A stretch of 64,000 bases of DNA from Trichinella spiralis. Its lineage: Eukaryota. The stretch covers positions 4,367,218-4,431,217 of the forward strand of contig NW_003526941.1 in NCBI RefSeq assembly GCF_000181795.1, written 5' to 3'. How positions within the stretch are numbered: position 1 is the stretch's first letter; every line of letters starts with the position of its first letter. Both the position numbers and the translations under genes were made by a program. The notes under the pieces are model-generated. The model saw only the letters and a program-made list of their open reading frames with translations, did no database searches and was not told the DNA's origin. Positions 22,842 through 36,100 of the stretch are shown one piece after another.

Positions 22842-24844
22842 TTAAATAATTTTTAACAGAATTTTTGAAATGAAAAACAAAATAAAAAACAAGGAATTCA
22901 ATTTTGAATGGGATGCGTTGGAATGTGTGATTCCTGTTTGGAGTGAAAAATTGGTAAACTTTTTCTGATAAAAATCCTCACTTGCATTGCCTAAATCAAT
23001 GAAGCAAAACAAACGGTGAATGAAATTCATTTCACAATGAACGCATAAATTTAAATAATATTCAGTTTACCAAGTTTTAGCTGTCTCATCAGGGAACATT
23101 CATATTTCAAAGGATTCCATTGAACAGATACACCGCTTTCGTTGATCATCAAATATGCCGGATTTTCTGCAGTATACAAAGGCCATTTCACGTGTGCAGT
23201 TGAATTTGCAGTTGGTTGGCTGAAATGGAAAAATTATCGTATTTTTTGTATGCATTTTGTTCATTTTTATTTAAAGTGATAATCAATCACTGTTTACCTG
23301 TCATAAACAAACGAACTCCAATATTCCATTAAAAGTTTGCTTATGAATTGGTCATGTGGTGAATAATTGCCGTTTTCCGGACGCAGTGGCACACCGAAAA
23401 TGAATTCAATTTCATATCCGTGCATGGAACCCATCCATTGTGGCCATGGATTTCTTTCCGATCGATAATCAAACTGACTGAGGTATACACGAACGCCCTT
23501 GTCAGTTACCAAATGCACCGTGTACAACAGATCACAAGTGAAATAAAAGTCGCCAATCATAGCGCTCAGTGCGTCTCGTTCATTTGCATAATTTGCAAGA
23601 TAATATTCCATCACTTGTTCGAGCTGATGATGATTTTGAAAATCGCCGAAAGCTTCTTCAACTGCGGAATAGAACTGAGTTCGACTGATCATACCATCTC
23701 CGATGTTGTTGAAAAATTTCGGCATGTACGTAGGCAACCAGAACGAACCTTCGTCACTGTTGAAACAGACCAAAATTGTCGTCTTTTTCATGTTGCCGGT
23801 AATCAAATTGCGCGAACTTTCTTCGCCGAAAAATAATTCATCATTTATAACTGGCGCGAAGAGAAAACTGAGAAATTTTCCATTCCACATTTTCTCTGAT
23901 TTCGATTGAATATCCTGCGCCGGCAGTTTTCTCAAACAACGCAACAATTCCAAATCACTTCCTGAACATCCCAAGCTCGATGCCAATTCCCTGGAGTGGT
24001 TTTTCAAAATTTCCCTATCTACAGTAGCCCAGGATGAATTCATCGTTCCACTTTGTAAAATTGCATTGTTGAACAAATGCCAACTGTTTTTGGCCAACAA
24101 ATGCGACATCACCGCAGCCGCGCCCGCGCTTTCGCCCATCAGCGTTATTCTACTGGGATCACCGCCGAACAGTTGAACATTCTCTTGTATCCATTGCAAT
24201 GCCAGTCGTTGGTCCAAAAGACCCACGTTCGGAGGGGCCTCTTTGTCATCCAAGTAGAGAAATCCCAACGGACCCAGACGGTAATTGATATTGATGACAA
24301 TTATTCCATGTCTTGCAGCAATTGTAGACCCGTTGTACAAATCCAATGATGGACTTCCGCTGACAAAACCACCACCAAATATCCAAACCAATACTGGTGC
24401 ATTTTTTGCATTGGCCGGTTGCCAGAGATTTAAATTTAAACAATTTTCGGTCATTTCGAAACTGGGATTCCACATTTCAGTTCCGGCAAAGCCTAAACAC
24501 GCCTAAAGAGGAATACCAACAGAGAACAATGTCCACTCACCTGGATAGGATTGATCAACGTATTGATAACAAGGAGGAGCGGATGTGTTGCTGTAAATTA
24601 TTCCAAACTGATACGAAGCCGGCAACGGTTTGGCGAACCGATAATTGCCCACTGGTGCATGTCCGTAGGAGATGTTCAAAAATTCATAAACTGTAGCAGT
24701 TGTAGTGGTGGCATTTTCCATTTGCAAGACGGTTCCTTGCAGCCAACCGCTTGTCGTATTCACAAGAGCAGTGTGGGCTTTCGACGTTTGGATAAACGTG
24801 AAAAATAAATTGACCACAAGAATCACAACCGCCAACGAAATCAT
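22842..24844 (-). CDS. Acetylcholinesterase, nematode ACE-2-like, with signal peptide and predicted GPI anchor; 4 exons
   Basis: Signal peptide MISLAVVILVV; EMWNP (choline-site Trp); FGGGF oxyanion hole; triad GESAG / DEGSFW / MHGYEIEF; hydrophobic tail NSLFFILFFISKILLKII. Exons 24844-24541, 24502-23298, 23219-23071 and 22990-22842, the last junctions phase-checked. Confidence 0.92.
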
Positions 24845-27800
24845 TGACAATGACAAATTTTCAGACGAACATCCAGCAAAAGTCAAATTAATCCACTGCT
24901 GCTCACCGGTGACCAATCTAACTGAGCCTAAAATTGTTCAGTTGCTGATATTGATCAGAAAGCAAATCAAAAACTGAAATAAATAAAATTTGATTGCTAA
25001 AAAAATTCCAGAATAACAACACGCTGATCAAGATTGTATGGAAAAATGATTGATTGACATAATTTACAAAAGAGTAAAAAAGGAGGCGGGGGATGGGGGA
25101 ACAAGTTTTTAATGAAACAGCTAACTAACAAGCAAGCAAGCTAGCTACACAGCTAGAATAGTGTTTTAAATTGATTTATTACAAAAATGTGATAAACAAA
25201 CAAACAAACAAATAAATAAATAAATAGTAGTACTTACATTGAATATATATATAAAAATTACAGTTAATGAAGAATTTTATTTCCCATTCTGATTGTTGTA
25301 CAACAATTAATACTTTTCTGTTGAAGAAATTTAAATTATTATTTACTTATTTGTTGTCTGTTCTTAATATACAGCTTTTATTGTAAATTTATTCATTGTA
25401 TAGAAATGCATACTTGCTGTTTAAGATGGTGTCTATTTGTAATAAATTCAGCAATAAAAGTGTTTCACGGTGTTCAAGTTTGCCCGTATTCAAGCTCTGC
25501 TGTCTAAACTGCCCAGTTTCTGAAGTAAAAAAATTAGGTTAAGTTTAAAATTAAATATTTCAGCTGGATCGTAAGCGTATTGTAAGTAAGCGGTTAACGC
25601 CATTCGATGAATCAATTAATCGACACTCCTCTTATACACTACCATTATCATTTACTGCACCATCATCTAAAATGGCATCATTCGTCATAAATATGGTAAA
25701 TTTGTAAATAGAGTGTGAAGAAAAAAAATCCATTAAAATAGTGAAGCTTAGCTTCCTTTAAAATTATTACTGCAATCACACAGACCAGTTTTGTTAATTA
25801 CTTCACATTTATAAGTTGAAAAAAATGATATTAAAACCAATTTTATTTATTAAGCAAACAAATAAATGAATAAAATATATAGTATGCAGTTTTCAAACAA
25901 TATTAATTGATGAACAATTTTAAAATAATATTCGTGAATGCTAATTTCCATCACTGTTTCTTACTTAGCTGCTTATTACTGTAATTTCTACTTCACCTGA
26001 AGAATTCATTAATGCAACTGTGTAATAATAATAATAATAATAATAATAACATTGCAGTTATTTTGCAACTGCAGTAATAGGCCGGATACAACAAGTAAGT
26101 GCATGTAAGTATTGAATTGCAGCTCATTTTGAAATAAATACAATAATTTAAAGTTACAAAATTGAATACTGAAAAAAGCGTACTGCTCATTATTTTGTTG
26201 TATGATGAAATAATTGAATTAATAATAATGAAATAGATGCTCAAATAAATATATTTGATTTCATATTTTTGAAATTTTGAAAAAGAAAGCGTTATTGATT
26301 AAGGAATGAAACTTCGTTACTTGTTGACTAGATGAAAAAGAAGAGATGAACGAGTAAAGGAAATGAAAATTTTTACTCGAATATGATTAAAACAAAAAAT
26401 CATAAATTGAAATTAACAGATAACTTGAAAAATAATTCTTCTACATAAAAATTTATCATATCGAAAATTCAGTTTAAAAATAATCAGCAAAAAATTTTGT
26501 TAATTTACAATAAAATTCAAATTTAAACATTTTTATTACAAAATAATTAATTATTTCATTAAATTAAAAAAAGAACAAATGAAATAAAATGAATAAATTT
26601 GAATTGTTCTTGTTCATCATTAAAATTTCCATTATGGTGTATAGAAAAGAAAAAGAAATAGAAGAAAAATATGTATCAATTGAAATAAAAATTTGAAATT
26701 AAAAGTTGAATTTGATGAAAATTTGATGTAAACGAATGAAATCATATTTGAACAAAATATATTGAAAATATGTTAATTAATTGAACTGATCGGAGAAATA
26801 AGTCTTACCAAAAATTTTGAAAAATGAAAATTGTTGAAAGAAGAAAAAGAAGGAGAAGATGAGGGAAGAAAAAAGGAAAATATATACTGGAAATGTAAAG
26901 AATAGTTTTATTCGCATAAAAACAAATCAGCCTGTTGGTCATGTGAAGCAAATTTAGCATGTGATTCGACTTGACCATTGAAAATGGAGAAAATGAGATT
27001 TTATTAGAATTTAATTCAATTTTATCAGCCGTTTCTAGGAATTGTATAGGAAACTGGCGGTAAATCGAATTCGACGCATCAATCTCTTCTTAGCCGGCTT
27101 AATGACAACGAGCAATTCCAATTTATCTCAGCTTAATTACAATGGACATCTATTTTACACATTTCCCTTGCACACAGACATACACACACACAGAAGAGTG
27201 TCGCACTGTTTTTCCATCCGAGCAACTGAATCTACTTTCGCTTTTTCCACTACCCCCTACCCTTTTTCAAATGGATCAATTTGAGGGTAATTTGAAAAAT
27301 GAAATTAATTTCATTTTACAAATCACACACACCCACAGACATGGATAGAGAATTAAAAATTATTATTATCAAGCAACAAAAGAAAAAAAATAACAACATG
27401 AAAGAAAGTTTTATTATTTTCATTTATTATAATAAAATTAACTGATTGATTGATTGATTAATTGATTAATTGGTTAATTAATTTCAAAGTTTCTCATATC
27501 TTAATAGATGACAAAATTGATAAAAATGCATGCTTTTTTTAAATTTTATTTGTTTTCAAAAGAAAGAAATTTCACTTTCAACTTACTTAAAAAATAACTT
27601 CTTTCTCCGTTTGTTGCTAATCTTGAAATCTTTGCTATCTGATGTGAATATATGCAAATTTTTCTCTCCGTATTAAATAAATACGCCAATAAATAATAAT
27701 CATCAAAGTGCTTTTTACCTGAAAAGCAAACACAATTGTGTTGTTATTTTTTGTTTTCATTTTATCGAAATGTGAATAATTGAAATGAAAATTTTTGAAT

Positions 27801-28968
27801 AAAAACACTGCTTGAAATTTGTATTTTCTATTTATTTATTTATTGTAAATCACTTTTGAAAATTCGTATTCATCTTTGATTATTTCGATTTATTTCTTTT
27901 GTTAAAAACGTACGATATCAACCAATTAATAAGAAACTTGCTCATTCATTATCATCTAATTCTCACTAACAAATAGAAAAAAGTTGGAATATATAAATAA
28001 GTTATCATCATCTGCTGAACAAACAATGATCGGCATATTTATTGAATTATAATACAATTTATCTATCTTATATCAGTCAGTCGTTTAATTTGCCTTTCAA
28101 AGAAAACAAATATAATAATGTAAAATAAAATGTGGAACAATTATACATGCATCAAAAGTTACTTTTATTAATATGCAGGTGGAATATCGTCGTTGCATGA
28201 TTGAACCGAACCAAACTGACGGTGAAATTGATCGAACGCGACTGTTTTCATGTAACAAATTGAAACTACTAATCGACACTAACTAATACTGCAATTAGGG
28301 TAAATAATCGTCTATGCAAATAAAGTATAATGATAAAAATTGTTGCACAACATACGCTAATGTTGTTACTGTTACTAATGGAAAATCTGAAACAAACAAA
28401 CCTAAATCGGTCCACAATTTCTCGTTTATTTCACTTTAACTATGTTTTGGCCGCAATTTAAACTTTTTCACATTTATCTACAATAATGCAAACAAATGTT
28501 AATAATAGCAATAAATGCTACTTATTTGTTAAAAAGTTGAACTCGAGCAACAAGCTGAAATACAGCAACAGCAGGAAAAGAAATTTCGTTTCTTTTGGCA
28601 TAATTGAATGAATAAAAATATATGTATATATAATCGTAGTAGAGACAAATTTGCAAAAATAAACACATCGAAGTGAACAATATGAAAAGTATTCTTTTCT
28701 AATTTATGAAAGGAAAAATTTGAATAACAACAAATAAAGTTTATACAAACGCACTTACAAAGCTGTACTTCGTTCTAGCAGGGATTTTCGGTTGTATATC
28801 TTTGTTTTCCTTATTACATAAACAAACCCCCAACAACAAAGACTCACTGCATACATGCACGTATGTATGCATGGAATTGTGGCTAACAAAATGGTCAAAA
28901 GAAGAAAACAAGTTCACCAGTAAAAAATAAGACGAGCGTAATTTGTTGTTTGCCAGCAAGTTCGCATA

Positions 28969-30459
28969 TTAGAATCGAAGAACAATATTGTTTAACAATA
29001 GAATAAAAAAGAATAAATTCACTGTGTAAAGTGGATTTGCTGAATTGGCGCCATGTACAGGCGGTGACGGGGGTACTTCTAGAGATTGATGTCCGTTGAC
29101 AGCGGCAGAGTGAAATTTTTCCTGTGTTTGACGCTGCTTACCGGTGGATTTGAAATTAGCATCCACATCAGCAGCGGCAGTTGGAATCGTTTTCTTCTGT
29201 TCAGCATCAGCAGAGGCTGGTTTAGACGTCGTTTCAGTTTCAGAAACAGTTGAGAGGGCATTCGCTTCGTTGATCATGTCGGCAACGTAGATGGCGTATT
29301 TCGGAACCAGAGACCAGTCGATATCCGCTTTACAGTTATCGTAAACGGCGCATATTTGCAGTGAATAGAACGACTCCGAAGCTTTGGAAAATTGCTTCAA
29401 TTCAATGTGTTCAACAGTGCTGGAGAGGTTCGATGTGGTCACATTAAATTCAGCCAACGGATTGTTATTCCAAGTATAGTCAACTTCAGCTGTCCTTAAT
29501 CGATAGCTCTTTGTCGGCTTTTTGCTATTTGGGAATTTCCATTTAACCATTACATTTGGATCGATTTTGTTCTGTATTGAACTTTTGGAAACATCGCTTT
29601 CAATATTCACGTCACAGTCAACATCACAAGTGGATGTTGGTTTGCCCATTTCAATGGGACAGTGTAAATTTTTCACAGATTCACATTTCAAATTTAAAAT
29701 TGGGCTGTCGTCAAATTCAGTCTGACGAAGTTCCATGCAGTTATCATCTGAGTTGAACAATTTTTGATTGAGATGAACTCTGAGTTCGCAGTCGTGTTTC
29801 AAATAACTCAATGGAATAGAAAAGTTTCCACTCGTGGAATCAATTTCCGGCTCAAACGTCCACTTGTTGAAAACTGTCTTACAATAATACGGAGAAATGC
29901 TAAGAAATGACGATACAATGTTCTTGTTGTCCTGCTGTGCTGTTTTTTTGTCTTCAGTAAAGGTCAATTTTCCACTGATCATTTCAGTTATGGTGTTGAA
30001 ATTCAAATTACTAATTTCAATGGTAAATTTGGTCTTCAGAGGGGTTGGCGATGGACCCAATCGGATCAATTTCGGTTCGTGAAGTTCATCGTTATTATCA
30101 TACCAGATCACTTTGAAATCCTTCTCCCGGCACAGTTCGTGTTTGAGCAAAACAAAGCGGGAAACTTTTCTAGTATCCTTCTCATCGATCAACAACGGTT
30201 CCCATTCGCCCGGCTCTTCAGTATACTGTTTGTCGGTTCCATTTCGAAAGTAAATTTCTCTGGTCGATATTTCTTTGATCTTTTTGGCAGTGAAAAGCTG
30301 ATTCCAATAAATGGTCACCAGTCGTGGATCATTTTCATCAATTTCAAACTGCAATGCAGCTTTGGGATCGTTTGTCGTCGAATCCACCAACCTGAAGCAG
30401 CAGATCACCAGCAGCAGATGATGACAGACTGCAATTGACACAACGATTCGAGAAATCAT
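28969..30459 (-). CDS. Intronless secreted / predicted GPI-anchored Cys-rich protein, 496 aa, possibly with FN3-like beta domains
   Basis: Long ORF in AT-rich DNA with an N-terminal hydrophobic signal, paired Cys and VKW..P...YRLR...YSLQICAVY motifs. It has a Ser/Thr/Ala-rich stalk and a C-terminal GANSAN followed by a hydrophobic tail with no cytoplasmic domain. An AG acceptor lies 3 nt before the ATG. Confidence 0.8.
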   Translation of the reverse strand: MISRIVVSIAVCHHLLLVICCFRLVDSTTNDPKAALQFEIDENDPRLVTIYWNQLFTAKKIKEISTREIYFRNGTDKQYTEEPGEWEPLLIDEKDTRKVSRFVLLKHELCREKDFKVIWYDNNDELHEPKLIRLGPSPTPLKTKFTIEISNLNFNTITEMISGKLTFTEDKKTAQQDNKNIVSSFLSISPYYCKTVFNKWTFEPEIDSTSGNFSIPLSYLKHDCELRVHLNQKLFNSDDNCMELRQTEFDDSPILNLKCESVKNLHCPIEMGKPTSTCDVDCDVNIESDVSKSSIQNKIDPNVMVKWKFPNSKKPTKSYRLRTAEVDYTWNNNPLAEFNVTTSNLSSTVEHIELKQFSKASESFYSLQICAVYDNCKADIDWSLVPKYAIYVADMINEANALSTVSETETTSKPASADAEQKKTIPTAAADVDANFKSTGKQRQTQEKFHSAAVNGHQSLEVPPSPPVHGANSANPLYTVNLFFFILLLNNIVLRF

Positions 30460-33119
30460 TTCCTGTCAAAATATGAACAACAATTAATAAACACTTGAAA
30501 AAATTTAAACAAATTTCAAAAATTATGAACACAACGAACATCCAACGGAACCAACAATATACAACAAACAACACAGCACGCTTATTCAACGAGCATATTA
30601 TTAATATTACTATAATAAAACAGCGTGAAGTGAAAAAATGGATGTGAGTTTGAAGCGAATTTTCAAATGCCGGTTATTTTACTGCAGTTTTCATTATGTC
30701 ATTGCTGATGTTTGACCAGATTCGACTGGATGAGACGTGAACAAACAACAGCTGAGCATCTCCATCTGACTTCGCTTCACGCACCTTTGGTGCGTCTTTG
30801 TAGAAATTGATTAGCCTATTTTTGTGATGACTTTCAATTTGACATTGCCACCCACACCAAGCAGCATGCGCCCCTGCGACCTGCTAACTTGGAGATACAT
30901 GTCCTTCTAACCTTGACACCAGCCAGTCAGTCAGTCAGTGTGCAACAACAGCCAACTGGTATTGTCGTATCGACACTATGGTTGGTTCTTCTCATTTGTC
31001 CTAGAGCTGGAATATGCAATTTCATTTAAAGATGGCAATGCAACTTTGAAATTTTTTCAAAAAAAAAGAAAAATATAAAAAATAAAATGAAATTTCCAAT
31101 GGCAAAAAAACTTACTTGCAACTAATCAAGCTTCTGCAAGGCAATTTTTCAACAAATAGTTGTATGATGCATCATCATATCGAACGGAAAGCACCAGTCA
31201 GATGTAGAAATGATCCAGGAGAAAAATGAAAACTATTCTCGTGCATTTCTATGGACTCCCAGCACTCTTAAACATTCATCTATCTACCCTTGTGAACGTT
31301 CATCACCATCCCATGGACACATCACTTCCCCGAAAATGTACAATGCTTAAATATTATTCCATTTCATCACCATCATTTGTCAAATTTTCATTTTTGTCAA
31401 CAATTTTCGCATGAAATAATTGTTCTTCAATTATCAATTTTGACAAATTATTAGAATGTAACCTTTTAACCCATAAGTGGGTGAAATTTGTCATTGTATT
31501 ATCAGGGACAAAAAATTTTAAAATTGGTTGAAAAATTCTCACCAAAAAATCACAACATCACAATAATACGTCTTGCTTGAAAAATGAAGAAAGACAATTA
31601 TTTTCAAAATAACATTTCACCTTACAAAATATTCAAAGGAAATGGAGAAAGACATTTTTACAAGAATGACGCATTCACAGAACAAAAGAAAATAACCAAC
31701 TTTTCAACTTTACAAATGACAATCGCAACCTTGTACGTTGAATAGTTGAAACAGATCATATATATATATATATTATATAATCATATCGGTCAAAAGACCC
31801 AGTGCAATAATTAATGTAAAGTAAAAGTCATTTATTCTTTGCATTTTTGGGTAAAATTTAATTAATTTACTAAGCATAAAAATGGTTTGCCTATTTCAAA
31901 TCTGCCTGAAGTTATGAAGATAACAGATAAACAGAGCTTGAAATCTTGATCAACTTACATTTTTCAATTCACTGCAACTACGTAGTAGAACTTAATGGAA
32001 AAATGACATGTCTCATTTTCAAAATATTAATAAAAATTATAAAGATATATATCACCTGTCAAGCAATTAATTAACCCACTGCATGCTGACTGAACTGCCA
32101 GGCAAAAAATTTACCTGCACACAACAGTGAATAATAATCATATAAAGTAGTGAAATGGATTTTCTTTCCTACTTAATAATAGTAGCTGTAATTGCAAAAC
32201 CAACTCATCAGACAAAACGCAAAAAGGAACTATTGGAATCGAAACTAGAACCATTAATTTGATGATGACCGACCGCATGGTATAATCGTTCTTAGGCAAG
32301 CGAGAACAATGCTTCCAGATGTACTTTGGTACCAGACAATGTCAGTTAATTAAACTAGAACATCTTAATTTAGGATCGCTTTATAAAAATTTTATACATT
32401 CAACTAGAAAACAAGTATTATTACAGATAGATTTTAGATACAGAATTGTTTCTTTGGAAATTCAACATCAAAGATAAGTATGTTAAATGAATTTTTTTTT
32501 AAATATCAACGATTGATGAATAATAATAATAATAATGTACTGCCTTATGTGTAATGAACAATTAATTCAAAAGTGAATTATGAAATTAAAAGAAAAAATT
32601 TTGTTTTTTCTTTAAAGTTAAAAAATCAGTAAGTTGTGCAATACATAAAATAATAAAATAAAAATGTTACTTAAAGACTCAAATGTAATATAGTATAAAT
32701 TGCAAAGTGTGCTTGTTGTCCGTGGGTTGGCAAAAAGCATGCATCATGCACAGCCTTCTTTCTCTACAGTTGTACTAGAAAAATTTGAACATTCAATATA
32801 TGTTGCATGAATGTTTCTTTTCATCATTTCTCACAATATAATGCCTGAAAAAGAAAAAAAATAACCAATTTAAATTCTGTCATTTATTATTTATCAGACA
32901 AACGGTGAAATGTGCACATTATTTTCTGGCATTCTATGCAAAATAATATAACATTTATCAGAGCACATTAGAAATATAAGTCAAAAACAAAAAAAATGTG
33001 AAAAAAAAGAAATCAGATTTTCAAAAAATCTGATGACGATGTTTCAGGTTGTGTGTGTGCAGAATAACTGTGTGCTCAATTTATTCTTACAAGCAAAAAA
33101 CAGTAAGCACTGGTATTCA

Positions 33120-36100
33120 TCATAAGTGCTTGACGTAATTTCCAGGAAATGTACCAAACTTCCCTGTTCGTAAGGACGTACCAATAAACCATCCATCATC
33201 GCAACATTCTACCACATAGACAATGTCGCCTCTTTTCAGTTCTAATTCATCTGAATTTGCGGGCAAATATTCGTAGATAGCTTCATATCTAAGAAAAGAA
33301 AATTTGCATTTTCATTCATTTTCAAATACCGCTTTTATTATTATTCACGTGTCAATCTGTGACGTGGCAGGAGACGTATGCTTCGTGGATACGCTTCTAC
33401 CAGGAGAAAAAAGTGAAGTCGTCGACTTTGTTTCGTTCGGTTTAGACTGCAACGATGCAGAATACAATTTCATCTACAATTTGGACCACGTACAAAATAA
33501 TGTGCAAATAATACGGATATAACCAAATTATTTTTTTTTGCATTACTTCATTTAAAATTGCTTCCAATGGATCAGCTTTTCCATAAACTACACCGTCGAC
33601 AACAAGTTTTCCGACATCATCATTTTGTCTTAAAAGTATCACCATTCGTATAAAAATAAATCAGAAAATATTCAATCGAAGAAAAAAAAATAGTAATTGT
33701 AAAATCAACAGTGGCTGCTGATTTGATAACTTTAACGATTTCATTTTATACAAACTTGATTTCCGCTTAAATTTGCATTATGAAAACTGCAAAAATAAAG
33801 AGAACAACAACATACTTTTTACTTTTAGATGGACGTTTGTCGAATACGGATGCAAATTCTAAGAAAAAATTGAATTAGAAATGAAAAACTGAAATGAAAT
33901 TAAAAACATACTTGACTTTTTGTCTATTATACATGGCTTGACGTAGCTAGAAGGGAAAATACCCTGCTCTCCACGTCCATTAAAACCGAATGACCAATTT
34001 TTGTCAACTTCTCTTATTAAATTCACTACTTCACCCTGGAGTGAAAAAATTAGTATACATAAAAATTGTGATGAGCAATAAATTGTGAACCTGCTTAATT
34101 GAAAGCTCTCTTGGTCGACGTGCGGTAAAATCGAACAAAGCTTTCGCAGTACCATGACTTCTATTTCGAATTTGATCCAAAAACAAGCCGGAGCTATTCG
34201 TCGCTGCTGGAGATTCTGAGATTACCTAAATAAGCGAAAATTAATTTCATCCATTGTACCCAAATGATTAATAATTAAGAAAAAAAACACATACTTCTAC
34301 GTAATTAATTGGAAATATTCCTACACGTCCATTCACTTCTCCTTCACACCAATTTGCATCTATTTGACGACGAATTATAATTTTATCCCCAGGTTCAAGA
34401 TTTAACTCTCTAAAAACAACACTTTTAGGTGATGTACAAAAACTGAGAGAAATCAATCTACCATCTTCACAAAACTAATTTGCCATACAATGAAGTGACA
34501 AAAACTGAAAATTTACCTCGCATTTTGAGCTTGAAAGTTGTAAAGAGCAAGAGCTTTGATTAATTTCGAATCTCTGAAAATTAATGATCTTAAATTCAAT
34601 AATTCCAAATAAAAAACTCCACTTACGTCCTACGAAGTGCTGCCGCTGGTTCATTAGAATCAGATCCAAAGGCTTTCTTTCTAGATGACTGAAAAATAAA
34701 AATTATATCCATAAGTTTCATTGTATAAAAAAATTTGGAATAATATATCACTTACATGATCGTCAAATGAGCGAGGTTCATCTAATACTGATCTGGAACG
34801 AGGAGCGCGCTCTCTTTTGAAATCGTAATTTCTACCTAGATACCGCCAAAAGCATAGATAATAAATAATGTGCAAACAATTTTCAAAAATGCTCAAAATA
34901 AATGAATAAGCAAATATTCACAAATCATGCAGTGAATCATCACAGTCGAACAACACACACTGCAATACACAACTGGAAAGCATGATAAATTGAATACACA
35001 TCATCATTATTATATATTACCATCATCATCAGCAGCAACAGCAGTAGTAGTAGTAGTAGTAACTTGGCGTTTGATAAGGTCATTAGCGTGAACAAGATGC
35101 TGAGCAAACGATGACCCGGAATACCGATCGTCAACTGTTAAAGCACACCTAGGCGACCAACTCAATTCCCATCTCCACCTGTGGTGGGTGAAATACATTC
35201 CATCTTGAGCTGAACTATTATTATTGTACTCAAGTTCAGATGGTGCAGTCGACGGCGATTCAGATGCGAGAACAACGTTCAAATCTTCGGAGCATCTACT
35301 GGAAGTATTTTCCTTCATCCCATCGTGAACGTTCGCTTGGCAAAGCTGATTATCCGAATCAACATACAGCAGCAGACTGTCGCTTAAAGTGACACTTTCA
35401 GAGTTGTTGTCCCGCAACCAGTGCAAATTTTGTAGCACCTGAGATGGCCGTCCGTAATTCGAACGAGCATCATCGCCGTCGTTAGTTACTGTAGTCGAGC
35501 TAATTTGCTCAATTTCATCAAGTGCCATGCTGAGCTGTTGGAAAACTTCATCGTAAGCTTTTTCAAAGTCCACCTCGCGTGAATAATTTCGTGGCACATT
35601 GGGAAACGCTTCGCAAAACGATTGGAAAGTTTGCACTGATTTTTCATCCGTATTTCGACCGAAAGTCATATCGTAAGCCCCAGCCTGCCACAGTTGAACA
35701 GTTCTGTTCAGACGTTCGCTTTGGAGATCCGGCCGCAGACGGTACGGAGGCAAGTGAAAACTGACCGTCTTCGACCGTTCCAACGCATACAATTTGGAAC
35801 CGCTGTCGCGACAACAGACCGGAAACGACCACGCACCAAGCTTGCTTCTCTGAGAACGAAAAGCCGACGACGAATAATTGAAATCTTGATCATACGCAGC
35901 AGAATGTGCTGAATCGCGCTTCTTCGGCACAGCTGTTGCATTCAAAAAATACGGTCGCCCCTTCCTGCGAAACCCCTCATCCCCCCGGGTCATCGAGCTC
36001 AAGCTTCGCAAATTGGCGTCTGCTGAACTGCCGCACTGTGTCGACGAATCGATTTTCACAGAAACATAATTTGCAGTGGAATCGGTTTGCAGAGGATAAC

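Noticed and set aside
30950..30988. Small hairpin (ccaac..tgtcg-tat-cgaca..gttgg) as a miRNA precursor
   Set aside because: Too short and imperfect, with no recognised mature sequence.
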